From Mobula hypostoma (Eukaryota), in the NCBI RefSeq assembly GCF_963921235.1, contig NC_086106.1:34410001-34474000 (forward strand): a stretch of 64,000 nucleotides of DNA, given 5' to 3'. The translations under genes and the position numbers were made by a program. The first letter of the stretch is position 1. Each line of letters opens with the position of its first letter. The notes under the pieces are model-generated. The model was not told where the DNA came from. It ran no database searches and saw only the letters and a program-made list of their open reading frames with translations. Below, one piece after another: positions 1 through 14,150 of the stretch.

Positions 1-480
1 TTTGGAGTTGAGACTCGTGTCTGTCTTTGTTTCGTCAGGTCCTTCAAAATTTGAAATGCTCGCCTGTTGTTTTTGTTCAGCCTATCTTCTAACTCTGTAC
101 ACTGTCTCTCAATACATTCTTCCTTGGCTTTAATCATGTTTTTTTCCTGATCGTGCTTATTTCTCTGCAAGCCGCTGCTCCTGTTGTTGTGTTCTTAAAT
201 TTCTTTAGGTCTCTTCTAGTGTCACACACTTCCAGGATCTTCTCTATTACCTAGGGTTGGGTTTTCTGGCCGTGTTTTCCAAGTATCTCATTCGCTGTTT
301 CTGTCCTCACTTCACTGAACATAGCTGTCAACATTTGAACATCTTCATCAAGTGTCAGCTGTGGTGCAAATTTTCTGCCAGCTGTAGCTTTGAAGGATTT
401 GGCGATGGAGGGGTCTTTCTGTCTTTCCAAGTTGACTTTCATTCTGATGTTCTGTGTACCACTTGGAAGCAACGTGAGAG
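1..480 (-). mobile_element. RTE-type LINE ORF fragment (degenerate)
   Basis: KVNLERQKDPSIAKSFKATAGRKFAP...EILGKHGQKTQP resembles the endonuclease-RT linker of RTE LINEs. Confidence 0.5.
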
Positions 481-659
481 ATTTAGGAGATGGATGAGGA
501 CCAGTGATGCCCGTCCATCCGACTAGGTAGAGTGCAGCTGCAAGACATCAAAGGTACTACCTCTATCCAGAGCCCCCTGCACCAATAGAAAATGATAAGA
601 TTGGGGAAAAAAATCTTATCATCTACAACACAGAGACGGCTACTAACGGTCCATCTGTT

Positions 660-1860
660 CCTTAACAACACTCATACTTCCCTGTGTGAGACTGGATTTC
701 ATCTCTTCCTATATTGGCATCTGTACAATTGTCTTTTAAACGGTGTTGTTGTGTCCATTTCTACTACCACTTCTAGCAGCTTGTTCCAGATAACCATCAC
801 CCTCTGTGTGAGAACCGTTTCCCTTCAGATCTCATTAAAATTTCCTCTCTCTCACCTTGAACCTGTGGTTTCTAATTCTATACTTGACTGCCTTTGGAAA
901 AACCACCCTTCCTTCCTCTCATAACTTCAGGGGCATGCCCATGCCTCCAGCGTTTCATTGGGAACAATCGCACCCTACCCAATCTCTGCTTGTAACTGGA
1001 GTCCTCAATTCCAGGTAACATCCCGCTGAATCTCTTCTGCTCTCTTGTACTGCCTGATCCTTCCTGCAGCGTGGTGACCAGAACCATACACTGAATGACT
1101 TAAACTCAATGAGCAATCGGTACTGTCCTGTCCTGCCATATCCCATCGTAAATGGTCCGTGAATAATCCAGTATGAACAATTTTGTCCAGAAAATTCGAC
1201 CTTGAGTAACTCTCTTAACTATAATGTTCTTCCCACACAAAACCGATTTCCCACTGCCTCAGTTTTTGCATCAAATCGTGGAATAACATGAACTAATCCA
1301 GGTCTACCTACAGATAGCCACGAAATGTTTTTACAGTATCCAATGACGGAAAATCATTTTGTCTCAGTGTCCCACGAACGTCGAACATAGAATGTTACAG
1401 TACGGGAATATGATTCTTAACATTCTGCTTACTGTGTATGCGTGTGCCTGTCTAAAAGCGTTTTGAAGGCTACTATCGTGTCTCCATCACTACCCCGGCA
1501 AAACCTACCATACACTATCTTAAAAATAAATAGCCCTGTACGTTGCCTAAATCCACCCCTCGCTTTAAAGTCATTCTCTCTTGTATTCGACACTTCTGCC
1601 CGGGACAGTGATTCTGGCTGCCATGCCTCTTATGAGTTTATAAGCTATCGGTCGCCCCTTAGCCTACTATGCTCCAGAGAAAACACTGCACATTTATGCA
1701 ACATCTCCTTATAACTAATATCCTCTGATCCATGCAGAATCCTTATAACCCTCCTTTTTCATCCTCAACAGAGACTTCACACTATTTCTATAACGGAGCC
1801 ACAGACCTACAGAAAATATTGTAACCAAAATTTTATACATCTGCATCTCGACTTCCTGAC
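660..1860 (-). mobile_element. Degenerate CR1 3'-end fragments
   Basis: CR1 RT C-terminal and 3' UTR phrases (accctctgtgtga..., tggtgaccagaac, atagaatgttacag). Confidence 0.65.
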
Positions 1861-2194
1861 TGTGATGTCACAGTGGTGATATATAATTCAAGCTAAGGAT
1901 TTTGAATCGAATTTCTCGCGTTCATGCAGCTTTTGTTTTAGATTTCATTACTTGACCTCCGAACCTTGTTACAGAAATTAAACATAGCGATATTGTCAAG
2001 GAACTAGCCCGAACCTGATATCGCGAGTTACTTTGATTCCCAGCATCTACAGATTTTCGTTTCTTCTTGATCATGATTTGGTGTTGTAGTTTGTAAACTC
2101 GCAGGGTTGTATATTGATGTTCCGCAACATTGCTGACAAGTCTTGCTGTCAAAATAATCTCAAAACAGATTTATCAACCAAAAGCAACTATTAA

Positions 2195-2690
2195 AGCAAC
2201 ACACACTCTGAACGAACTCAGAAGGTCAGCAACATCTATGGAAAAGAATAAAGAGTCGAAGTTTCGGGCCAAGTCCGTTCGTCAGCACTGAAAATAAAGG
2301 GGAACTTGCCAGAATAAAAAAGTTGGTGGAGGGCGGGGGAGTGGATATATGCTAGGTGGAAAGTGATGGGTGAAGCCAGGTGAGTGGGAAAGGTCAGGGC
2401 TGGAGAAGAAAGAATCTGATACGAGAGGATAGTGGATCATAAGGGAAAAAATGAAGGAAGATGGGAGCCAGGGGAAGTAATAGGCAGGTGAGAAGAAGTA
2501 AACGGTCAGAGTACGGAACAGTGGAATGGGGATAGTGGGGATTTGTTTACCGAAACGAGCAATTGATATTCATGCCATCAGATTGCAGGTACCCAGTCGG
2601 AATACGAGCTGTTGCTCCTCGACTCTGAGGGTGGCCTTATCTGGTCACAAGAGGAGGCCATGTATTGATACGTCTGAAAGGGAACCAAAC
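2195..2690 (-). mobile_element. Penelope-like element 3' end (GIY-YIG C-terminus plus terminal repeat with hammerhead-like motif at 2254-2289)
   Basis: Minus strand encodes an EEQQLVFRLGT..DGMNI-like tail, and contains CTGACGA...GAAACTTCGACT. Confidence 0.75.
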
Positions 2691-2694
2691 TATA

Positions 2695-3050
2695 ATTCAT
2701 CTTTTTACACGCTGATCTTTTACTTCTCACCTGCCTATTACTTCGGCCTGGGTCCCCTCCTATTTCCCTTTCCCCTATGGTCCATTCTCATCTCCTATCA
2801 GCTCCTTCATTCTCCAGTCCTTGAGCTTTTTCATGCACCTGGCTTCACTTATCACCTTCCAGCCGGCCTCGTTCCCCTCCCACCTTTTAAATTTGGCATC
2901 TTCCCCCTTCTTTCTTAGTCCTGATAAAGGTCTCGGCCCATAACATCGTCTATTTATTCTGTTCCTTCGATGGCGCAATACCTGCTGAGTTCCTCCAGCG
3001 TTATGTGTATGTTGCGATCGATTTCCAGCATCTGCAGACTGTCTCGTGTT
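2695..3050 (+). mobile_element. Penelope terminal repeat, inverted relative to 2195-2690 (degenerate hammerhead-like motif at 2917-2952)
   Basis: AGTC-CTGATAA-AGGTCTCGGCCC-ATAA-CATC, followed by cctgctgagttcctccagc. Confidence 0.75.
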
Positions 3051-5399
3051 TGTGTTTAATTTATATTTAATTTTATGCTGCTTGCGAATACTTATACAAT
3101 ACCGCGTGCCAATAATTTTGCTGCAAATATTTTCCATTGGATCTGTGTGTATATGGCAACAAACTTGATTTTGTGCGTTCTACTAAAGGCGTGGCCGGTT
3201 AGGCTAGCATCAATTTACTGATCGTTTAGGCTTATGAAATATATTGCCTCTTTGTTATGAAGAGAAGAATTGCCCACTGACACTTAGATTACGATCTGCA
3301 GTTGTGATTTTTAAGCCTCTAATTTATGTGTTTTTCGTTCAGGTGCAATTTTTTTTCCATTAAGAATATTGGTTGGGGAAATCGGTGGCGTCTGGTGGAC
3401 GTTCGATTAATTCAAATAAACTTTAAACAGGCGGAACCATCAATGGATATTCCAACTCCGATTTTCAGTTATTTACATTGACGTATGAGCAGTGTAAAGC
3501 TAACCTCACTGATTCTTGAGCTGTGACCTCCCGTAAAAGGTACATTCAGGAACGGAGCTGAACAATTCGAGGTGGAGAGCCACGAGACGCAAAGGATGGA
3601 GTGACCAGTAATCATTCATGCCTGTATGTTTTCAACTGTAGCAATCGGAAGGAAACTTATTGAGGTTGCACAAGTTTCTCCATGGATATCTAATTGTTCA
3701 ATCAAGGAACACGGCCAGGAAACGTAGGCAAATAAGATTTTGCCAACACTTTGCGGTGACAAACTGAAAGAACAGTTAATCCGAGAAACAGGTGTCGGAT
3801 TAAAATTCAACGGAGGCGTCTTTGGAGTGTCCTGTACTGTGTTTTGCTCTTTCATCCGATAGCAAATAAAGAGACGTGGCTATGGAGAAAATAAATACCT
3901 AGTGCTATTCCTATCAGCTGGATTTCGCCGTGCCATCGTTGGGGCTTTCGCGAAACAGGTAAAACACCCGAATTTTTACTTTATAAGAACGAGATCATAA
4001 TCAGGATAACAGTGTGAGGTTTCAAAATATATTGAGCAGAATGACTGGTCATTCGTGATTTCTGCGAAATTAACAGTCAATTATGAATGTTGGTACAAAA
4101 CGAGGAAGCACAGATGTACAAAGTGGAAGTTGCATTAAATATCAGGTGAATGTACAATTGCACTATTTAACTTATGAATTCGCATGATACAATTGATGTC
4201 CATCGTACAGATTCCGGAAGCCAAAGGGTAATGGGCTCACTGTTCGGCAGAAACCCTGCTGTTAATCCGCTGGAGCTGTTTGGATTTATCAATCGTCTGT
4301 CAATTTAACTGCCCACATCGCTCCTATTTAGGTCCCCCGCCGGTAAAGTTTAACAATTTTGAAACCTAGTAGCTCGACCTCAGAAATGACCCTGAGTTGA
4401 GCAATTTTAGATTCAATTTCGTTCCGAAGGTCACATTTCTACCCTTCAGCTTTTGCCCCTTACTTTATCCTTCTTTTCTCTTGTGTCATTGATTTCTACC
4501 TACGTCCACCTCAGCTCTACTGTCCACCTGATGCTACCTTTCAGGGCCATTTCGGCTTCCGCCTCTCCGTCCTTTCGCTTCCCTTCCATTTTTTTGCAGA
4601 GTATGTTTCCCCTCTTTTGCAGGGAAAAATGTAAGTAGGTAAAGCAAGAGTACTCTTGGTCATTCAACAAAACCATGGATGGCCTTTTACCTTGATACCA
4701 CTCTCTTTTCCTAAGCTCGTATTCCTGATTCCATTAAGATCTCAAAAATCTATCGAAATTTTGTCTTGAATATTCCCAACATATCAGCCCTCTTCATGGC
4801 TCTTCAACCTCTTATATGCCTACCATTATGCTGAAGATATTTCTTCACATCTTATCCTGAATGGCACTTATCTGGCTACGAATACTGGTTTTGCCAGAAG
4901 AACCGTCATGCTTGATTTATTCTGAGCAGTTCTGCATGATTTTGTGTATTTGAAAGGTGTTAATTCACGTTGCCTATAATTTTATGGCGTAATTGCGCAG
5001 TTTTCCTAATGTCTCCTCATCGCTACTCGAACTCCACTGAGCACAGCCCCGTCCTAAAATTCAATCATGATATGCAGGCACAGGATGGAATCAGGAAATT
5101 TAGTAGAATAATATTACTTATTGGCAGAGGAATCCAATTCAAAATTGGCTGTGCTTCAGGTTAATTGAACCAGCGTCAGAACCAGCTTGACCATCACTGA
5201 AAAACTGAGGTGAGATTTGTTGTTATGCAGCAGCAGTACAGCGCAAAGACATAAAAATCTGTAAATAGTGCAAAAATAGAAATAATGAGGTAGGGTCAGA
5301 AGTCCATGGATCATTCAAATATCAGCGAGAAAATACTTATAGACCTGCATACAGTATTGCAGTCTTGTGGGAAAATGTTAATTCTTTGGATTTGAAAGG

Positions 5400-7290
5400 T
5401 CACTGACAGACAAATGGAATAGAAGAGATGTGAGGTTTGCCTTATGATGAAAGGTTGAACAGGTGAGACTTGTATCCACTGGACTTCAGAAGGGTAGCCG
5501 GGGAACCATTGTAAAATTTAAGATTCTTTGGTTTCTTTAGTGCCTGGATAAGGACAGACTAGAATCTCTTCATGGTTGGATCTAAAAGGTAGTGATTGGG
5601 GATAAGGAAATGGTGGACTAAATAAATATTTTGCATCAGTCTTCAGTTTGGAATGCCCAAGCAGTATGCTGGAAGTTTGAGGCGTCAGGGCAAAAATGCG
5701 TGCAGTTTCTATTACTGGAGAGAAAGTGATTGGCAAGCTGAAAAGTCTGAAAGTAGATAAGTCACTTGCACCAAATGGAGTACACCTCAGAGTTCTGAAA
5801 ACAGGTAGCTGAAGAGATTATGGAGGCATTAGTAATGATCTTTCAAGAATCACTCGATTCTGGAATGGTTGAAATTTGCATATGTCACTCCACCCTTCTA
5901 GGACTGAGGAAAACAGAAGATAAATTGTAGGTAAGTTAGTGGACTTCAGTGGTTGGAGAAATGTTGTAATTGATTGTTAAGGATGTACTTTGTGGTACTT
6001 GGAGGGACATATTAAAATAGGGCACAATCAGTATGGTTTCATTAAGGGAAAATCATACCTGACAAATCTGTTTGAGGCAATAACAAGCAGGATAGTCAAA
6101 GGAGAATTGTTGGATGTTGTGTACTTGGATATTCAGAAGGCCTTTAGCAATTTTCTGCACATGATGCTGCTTAATAAGATAACAGCCCATGGATTTTCAG
6201 GAAAGTTATCAGCTAGAGATTTGGCTGATTGGCAGGAGGCAAAGCGTGTGAATAAAGGGAGCCTTTTCTGGTTGTCTGCCAGTGACGAGTGGTGTTGTGC
6301 AAGGGTCATTGTTGGGACCATTTCATTTTACATGGTATGTCAAAGATTTGGGGATAATGGAATTTTGGCTTTATGGCTAAGTCTTCAGATGCTATGAAGC
6401 TAGGTGGTTGCACACATAGGGTTGAAGCTAGGAGGCTGCCGAGGGACTTTGGTAGATTCAGAGAATGTGCAAAGAAGAGTCAAATAGAAGACAGTGTCAA
6501 GTAGTGTATAGTCATGCACTTTGGCAGTAGCTACAGAAGCATAGACTATTTTCTAAACGGGGAGAAAATTCAAAATATCTGAGGTGCAAAGGAGTCCTCG
6601 TTCAGCATTCCCTAAATGTTAATTTGCAGGTTGAGTCAGCGGTGGGGAATGCAAATATAATGTTAACATTTATTTTGAGAGGACTACAATATAAAAGAAA
6701 GGATATAATGATGAGGCTTTATAAGGGATAGGTGAGGTCTCACTTGGAATGTTGTGAGCAGATTTGGGCCCTTTATTTCAGGAAAGGTGTGCTGAGTTTG
6801 GAAAGGGTTCAGAGGAAGTTAACGAGAATGTTCCCAGAAATGAAAAGCTTATCATATGAGGAGTGATTGGTGGATCTGGGATTTTCTAGAATTTAGAAGA
6901 ATGAGAGGAGATTGCATTGAATGTTGAAAGGGTTAGATAAAGTGGTTGTGGAAGGATGTTTACTGTGGTGGGAGAGTCTAGGACCAGAGGGCACAGACAC
7001 AGAATAAAGGGACGTCCATTTCGAACGGGTATGAGGAGGAGTTTCTTTAGCCAAACGATGGTGAATCTATGGAATTGATTAACACAGGCGGCTGTGGACC
7101 CAAGTCTTTGGTTGTATTTCAGACGGTGGTTGATAGGTAATTGCTTAGTGAAAGTATGAAAGGTTAAAGGGAGAAGGCTGGAGAACGGAGCTGAGAGGGA
7201 AATGTATCAGCCGCAATGAAATGGAGGAGCAGACTAGGCCAAATGACTCCATTCTGCTGCTATGTCTTATGGTCCTATGGTCTAAAACTA
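5400..7290 (+). mobile_element. Degenerate CR1 ORF2 and 3' end
   Basis: QYGFIKGKSYLTNL, DVVYLDIQKAF; ends ttatggtcctatggtct. Confidence 0.85.
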
Positions 7291-7384
7291 GTGATCATTA
7301 TTTTAAAACCCAGTGTTGCCATTTCTTGGCAGTAATGAACCTTTGTTCGTCAATCTTTGTTATTGTTTGTCCAACTGACTGATT

Positions 7385-7668
7385 CTCTCGCTCTCCCTCT
7401 CCTTCTCTTCTTCACACAAACATATAGAAACACACTCTGTCTCGCTCTCACACTCTCTGTCTCTCGCGCTCCCTCTCGCCCTCTCTCGCGCCGTCTCTCA
7501 TGCACNNNNNNNNNNNNNNNNNNNNNNNNNNNNNNNNNNNNNNNNNNNNNNNNNNNNNNNNNNNNNNNNNNNNNNNNNNNNNNNNNNNNNNNNNNNNNNN
7601 NNNNNNNNNNNNNNNNNNNNNNNNNNNNNNNNNNNNNNNCCACACACACTGTCTCTCTCTCACTCTCG

Positions 7669-7726
<58 letters not shown>
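7385..7726. repeat. (CT)n/(CA)n microsatellite block spanning an assembly gap
   Basis: Simple dinucleotide repeats on both sides of the N run. Confidence 0.9.
7506..7639. other. Assembly gap (134 N)
   Basis: Run of N; its true length is unknown. Confidence 1.
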
Positions 7727-8829
7727 CTACAGGTTTGGAGGCCAGGTACAGATTAACTGATTCAGGCATCAAATACCACAGTTCTAAACAGTTTTAGGAA
7801 ACTTGTGGTGTAAGGTTAATAAACTGAGAAGTCAACATGGATTCTCTCTCTACAAATATTGTGAGCTGTGGATTATTTGCCACACTTTATGCTTTTGAGT
7901 TCAGCTGCACCAGGTCTGTTCAGAACTCATCTGCAGTACAGTTTACTTCTGACCAACACATAGAACATAGAACATTGTAGCTCAGTTCAGCAAATATGAA
8001 TTGACTACTGCTGAATTCAAAGTATACTCAAGATCTTTTGTATAACAGCAACACAAAGTGTTGTCAAGCCAAGTGGCCTCTGCAAGAGGCAGAAAGAAAC
8101 CTTATGGTGGATAGCTGTTTATCATATCCGCATTTTTATTTCATTTAGGGGTATGTTATCCATGGGATGACTGTGCAGAATTAGTAGAATGATATCAGCT
8201 TTTGAATTGTGTAGAATGTGAGAGGTCTGCTATTTCTGAAGTTGAGAGGAATAAGACTGATTGCAATGAAGTTCTAAGATGTTGGAACTTGATACATCAG
8301 AATGGAATAAAATCACACTGGTGTGGGATTCGATAAGATGACCTGTGTGAAAATGTGAAACAGGTTTCTATTTCTTACCATTCACACAATATCAAAGGTA
8401 TTGTCCAATAGTAAGAGGATGAAGGAAAAGATGAAATCAGGCTCGAATTCATGAAATTCAGAATTTGTATGAATTTATCAGAAGCGCTGAGATAAATTGG
8501 ATAAATGGACTTAGAAAACAAAAAAAAAAGCGAACTTCGTGAATGCTCAAATTCTGCGTTGCTCTACCAAGAGTGATTACTAGATGGGGTATTGGGGTAA
8601 CATTTAATATTTTATTTCCCAGCCAATAAAGCAGGAGCTGAAGATTTCAGATTAAATTATGATGGTGTTCATGCTTTTCTGCTGGGATCCAATTAATGTG
8701 AATTATTATCTTTCTAAAGACATGGATTATATTAATTTCCTGATTGTGGCCGGGAAATTCAATGAGCAATACCGATGAAACAGGCTGGGTTTGGATTGCA
8801 GATTTTCTCTCCCGAAGGGCATGAGTGTA

Positions 8830-9390
8830 CCAAACGAGTTTTTACATTAATGTGGTAGTGTCTTGCAGTGCGCTGAAGCTAACATTAAATCAACATTCTG
8901 GGAGGATTTAGTGTATTTAGTTACCATAGAAAGCATTCTGTTCCCCCGTATACCAAACAATGTTGCGGCAGTCTGAGAACTACAATGTTCGATGTGTTGT
9001 GTGTTCGGAGATGGTCTTCTACACTTCACTGTTGAATCACAGTCGCCTTCCTATCAGCTTGAATCAGTCTGGCCAGTCTCTCCTGACCTCAATTACCAGC
9101 AAGGCGCTTTCACCCACAGAACTGCCACTCACTGGAATTTTTTGTTTGTTTTCCCTCCATTCTCTGTAAACTGTAAATAATATTCTGCATGAAAATTCCA
9201 GGGATCCATGGTACCTGAAATACTTAAACCACCATGTTTGGCACCACTAATCATTCCACAGTCAAAATCAATTACAGCACATTTCTTCATGATGGTTTGA
9301 TGGTTTGATGGTTTGTCTGCTTGTTTCATCCATTGAGTTGCTGCCACATAACTGGCTGCATAGATATTTGCATTAATGAGCAGGTGTACA
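8830..9390 (-). mobile_element. Tc1-family transposon remnant
   Basis: DFDCGMISGAKHGGLSIS matches the Tc1 transposase N-terminal DFDRGMIVGARR.G.SIS. Confidence 0.7.
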
Positions 9391-10540
9391 GGTGTAAGTA
9401 TTTGGCTAGACAGGGATAGACTAACCACGTTGATAGAGGCTATCGAGGAAGACACCAGCAAAGTTGATTAAGGTAAGGCAGTAGATACGTCTACATGGAT
9501 TTTAGTGAGGCTTTTGTTGAGATCTTGAATGGGAGGTTGGCTAAGAAGGTTCATTCACTTGGCAACCAGGATGAAATGATAAATTGAATTAGACATTGAC
9601 CTTGCAGAAGAAACCTGAGAATGGTCGTAGATGGTTTCCTGAGACTTGTGGTTTGTTGCAGGGATTTGTGCTGGGTCTGCTATTCTTTATCATCTACTGC
9701 ATATAATGATGTGGATGATAATGTGGTGAACTGGATGAGCAAAAATTGCGGCAGACACAACGATTCCGGGTGTAGTGGACAGCGAGGAAAGCTATCAAAG
9801 CTTGCAGTGGCATCTGGACCAAATGGATTAGTGAGCTGAAAATGGCAGATGACATTTAATGCCGATAAATGTGAGCCATTGCACTTTGGGAGCACCAAAA
9901 CAACGTAGCACTTGCAACATGAGTTGTAGGGCATTGTGGTGTTGGTAGAACAGAGTGTCTGGGACCACAGATCAATAAATCCTTGGAGGTGGTCACTGAT
10001 AGATGGGGCCATCAATAGAGCTTTTGGCACATTGACTTCCATAAATCAAAGTACTGAGTATAGGAGTTGGGATGTTATGTTGAAGTACTATAAGACAATG
10101 GTGACGAGTATTGTGTACAGGTCTGGTCACCTACCTAAAAGAAATATGTCAATAAGTTTGAAATAGTGCAGAAAAAAATGACAAGGATATTGCTGGAGCT
10201 TGAGGACCTCAGTTATGAGGAAAGGTTAAATAGGTTAAGACTTTATTCACTAGAGCACAGGAGCAGGAGGCGGGATTTGATGGAGGTATGTCACATTTTG
10301 AGGGTATAGATAGGATAAATGCAATCATAGTTTCTCAACTGCATATGGGTGAGACTAGAACTAATGAGTTGAGGGTGAAAGGTGAAATTTTAAGGGGAAA
10401 ATGAAGGGGAATGCCTTCATTCAGAGTGTGGTGCCAGTGTAAACCATTTCAATACTTGGGGAAATCTTGATAGTACATGGATGACTATAGGGGTATGCAG
10501 GACTATAGGGTGCAGATCAATGTGATTAAGTAGGTTAATA
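9390..10540 (+). mobile_element. Degenerate CR1 RT fragment
   Basis: VYMDFS.AF, QGSVLG-like and CR1 C-terminal phrases, with many stops. Confidence 0.75.
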
Positions 10541-10629
10541 GATCGGCACAGAACAGTTGTGCCAAATGGCCTGTTTCTCTGCTGTAGTGTTCGATGATTT
10601 TATATCTGGTCTGACAACTACTTTGCAAA

Positions 10630-12030
10630 TTACTCTAGAAAGACCACAGTAAGTCAGGCCATCACAAAAACCAAGGTCCCCTCTATGTCCATACTTCACT
10701 GCTTCAGTAAAGAAGCCTGCAATATCTAAGACCTCACGCACCCCGGAATTATCTTTTCTCCCCACTGCCATGGGGCAGAAGATGCCACAGCTTGAAAGCA
10801 CATAACACCAGACTAAGGACAACTTCTATCCCACTGTCATCAGACTCTTCAACAGACCTGATGGAGTCTGGAACTTGTATTCTACCTTGTTATGATCATT
10901 CACTTCATCGTCTACAGGCGCTTTTTCGTCAACTTTCACACATTATTCTACATTATTATTGAATTACCTGATTCTAGCTCAATTCACTATGCAGTGTCCT
11001 CATCCGTATAAACCGTACTGGCCTTTCATTGTATCTGGGTACGTATGACAAGAATAAACCAATACCAATACGAATGATGATTTTATATTCTTCAATCGCC
11101 ACTGTTCGAAAGCAGCTCATGTTGGTGTCTGTTAGTCCAGTAACTTAACTACCATGAAATTAACTCTGTCTATGCTATCAAAGCTCACTCATTATATTTC
11201 ACTCACAATTACCACCACCCTGATATCCCTAGGTCCTATCCCGGCACACTCTTCTGGGTAGCTGCTGCACCTCTTCTCCCTAAAATATTTTTTTCAATCC
11301 CTCTTCCATCCATACCGTCTATAAAATGTGTTACATCACCACAGAATCCTTCCTCACTGAGAATAAGAACGTCTATTTATTTGTCTCTAATTTTTCCTTC
11401 TCACCCATTCAGGGAAAAAAGTCTTTCTAAGGTTGGAGAACCACAATGCTACAAAACGCATCCTCATTTCCCGCACTCGCAGTTTGTCTTTCAGTTCTCC
11501 GTTGTCTTCGCACATGAACAACCATCTTAACGTTGCTCAAGGTGAATCATATTTTACTATCTCTATCCTAATAGTACTAAACTTCTGAGCGCCATCTATC
11601 TTTCGAACAGTTTAAAAGTTTATTTTTCGAGTTAAATAATGGACGGCGGCAATTCGATGTGTTGGAACCGAGATGATACAAGGCAGCGGGCCCATCACCG
11701 AGAGCAAGGAAGACTCGGGGTTCGATCGATTTAAGCGCCGGGCCGGAACTGAAAGGTCGGGTACGGACCGAATCGAAGCGGCGGGGTTCAGGTCCCAGAA
11801 TGGGCCGAAGCCACTGAACCCATTGTTTGGACGATTTAAGCACCGGGACAGATTGAAAATGCCAGGGTGTTGGGGTCTGAGGCAAGGGTCGGGCCGGTTC
11901 CGCTCGCTGCTCCGCTCTGTGCTGACTGGCGTAGGCTACTGCGTAGGCCGTATGCACATGTATAAATCAGCTTAAGGGTCTGTGGACAGGACTGTCTTTG
12001 CGAACTTCAGTTCAGAACGCAATTTGTTTG
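10630..12030 (+). mobile_element. Rex1/L2-type LINE 3' fragments
   Basis: aacagcttcttccccactg-type 3' RT end and TG-rich 3' UTR phrases shared with other copies in the window. Confidence 0.5.
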
Positions 12031-12049
12031 CGTTTATTGTTTTCATAGA

Positions 12050-12345
12050 AACATCGGAAACTTACAGCACAATACAGGCCCTTAAGCCCACAAAGTTGTG
12101 CTGAGCAGTCCCTACCTTACAAATTACCAGGTTTACCCTCTATTTTTCTAAGCTCCATGTACCTATACAAAAGTCTCTAAAAAGACCCTATCATATCCGC
12201 CTCCACCACCGTTGCCGGCAGCCCATTCCACTCACTCAGAACTCTCTGCGTAAAACAGTAACCCCTGACATCTCTGTAGCTACTCCACAGCACCTTAAAC
12301 CTGTGCCCACTTGTGGCAACCATTTCAGCCCTGGGAAAAAGCCTT
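12050..12345 (-). mobile_element. CR1 3' end
   Basis: FTQRVLSEWNGLPATVVEA C-terminal RT motif. Confidence 0.8.
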
Positions 12346-13849
12346 CTGACACGATCAATGATTTGAATGCTTTCCTGATTTATCTCTCCCTCTCTCTCTC
12401 TGCACATTGGGTGTTTGATTGTTTATCTTTCTTTGTTTCGTGGCTGCCTTTTAAGAGACGAATCTCAAGTGTATATAATGTATATATAGATTGTAAATAA
12501 TGCAATTTGAACTTTTGCAATTTTTATTAAAACCAAAGGGACAATTAGTCTCAGGTCGGATGTCAAATAGGAACGTAGAGTTACCTGAAGGAGAAAATGT
12601 GAGACTTTACAACAGGCAGAGCAGATGGATAAATGTAGATGGCTGGAATTCTAAGCTAAAGGTGCTTCTATCTGAACTCGACAAGTCTAACTTGCAAGCC
12701 AGATAGATTGTTAGCGTTAATTGCACGGTTCTAAACCAGGAAGCACGACACAATCAGCAATTTACACAATTTGGCTCACAACACTACCTATTCACTTCAA
12801 ATAACATAAAGTGAAATGTTATTTCACGTTATCTGTGCAGACATTTGCCGATTCTATTTCTTTGTTAATAAGGAATGAATAAATTAATAAAACTAATTAA
12901 CTTTATTATGAAAGTAGAGTCTTTGCAATCGTTTTGTAATAACCTTCATACAAATTACTTTCAACGGTGTAAAATTTCGGGTTACTTCAGCAACAGGCCC
13001 AGTTCATGGCAAGATGATTTGATTGACTCTAAGTGTTAAGGATCATAGCTTCACGATTGCATACAATGATTGAATCACCGCCTTGCTTTTTTTTCCACAC
13101 AACATGCAGCTTTAATTGTTACTGTGGAAAGTTTTATTAATATCCAGTGGAGCAAAGTAAAAGGCAAAGTAAAACGTGTGAGATTTAAACCAGAATTTTC
13201 TGTAAAAAAAAGTCTATCAGCATAGAACACTTTTATTGCATTCTCTTTGTTGACATTCTAGCAGGAATTTGCTACAAGTGAGGAAAATGATATCGTTCAG
13301 AACAGCGATAAGGATATAATCTGTTGAAGAGAGCATTTATTATTTCCCTTGACTTTAGGTCCTCGGGAGAATTAACGGAAGTTATGCGTTGATGGCAAAA
13401 GATATAGGATATTTGGAATTAAGGTGAAGGAATTGAATTGATATAGAAACACATAGTCCGAATGTAATTGGCAATGACCGAATTATACCTGATGTGTCAA
13501 TATCACAGTAACGTAACTTCATAACTTCAAATCATTTGCAATATTATTATTGATGGTATCAAAACCCAGGCTGCACAGGGAGAAGCCGGATCAAAACAAC
13601 AACCTGACTATAATCGCAGGAACTTAGGTCATTCAGGTTCTGATATTGATTGTCCTGTGTTCTTTCAGGGATGTAAGGCTTTGATTCTGACTTGAATGGA
13701 TGTAGATTTTACTCATGTTACTACACTGACGGGATGTGCTCTCCACTGAGTGTGACTTATTCGAACGGCCCAAACACATCTGCAGGACATCCGTTCTCCA
13801 GTTACTAAGTAATTGTGGAAATTCAAAGTGTAAACAAAGAACAGAGCAA

Positions 13850-14150
13850 CACAGAACATAGAAATTTACGGCAGATTACAGACCCTTCGGCCCACAATGT
13901 TGAGCTGACCATGTCAGCTACTCTAGTCACTGCTGAGATTTTCCCGAGTGCATAGCCCCCTATTTTTCTAAGCTCCATGTATCTATCTAAGAGGCTCTTT
14001 AAAAGACCCTACTGTATCCACTTCTACCACGCCAAAAGCAATGCATTCCACATACCTACCACTCTCTGTGTGGAAAAAACTTACTCCTGACATCCCCACG
14101 GTACCATTTCCAAGCACTTTAAAACTATGCCCCTTCGTGTTAGCCATGTT
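13850..14150 (-). mobile_element. CR1 3' end
   Basis: Same family as 12050-12345, with the agaacatagaaa tail. Confidence 0.8.

Noticed and set aside
3300-4700. Unique-looking DNA with stop-interrupted, protein-like translations
   Set aside because: No family motif that I can recognise; a BLASTX would be needed to call it.
7350-7797. ORFs spanning the N run
   Set aside because: Artefacts of microsatellites and the assembly gap.
12490-12600. Strong-looking minus-strand acceptor at 12585 followed by AATAAA (possible TM2 or last exon)
   Set aside because: No frame gives the expected VK* or a tailpiece, no upstream TM1 exon was found, and such motifs are common by chance.
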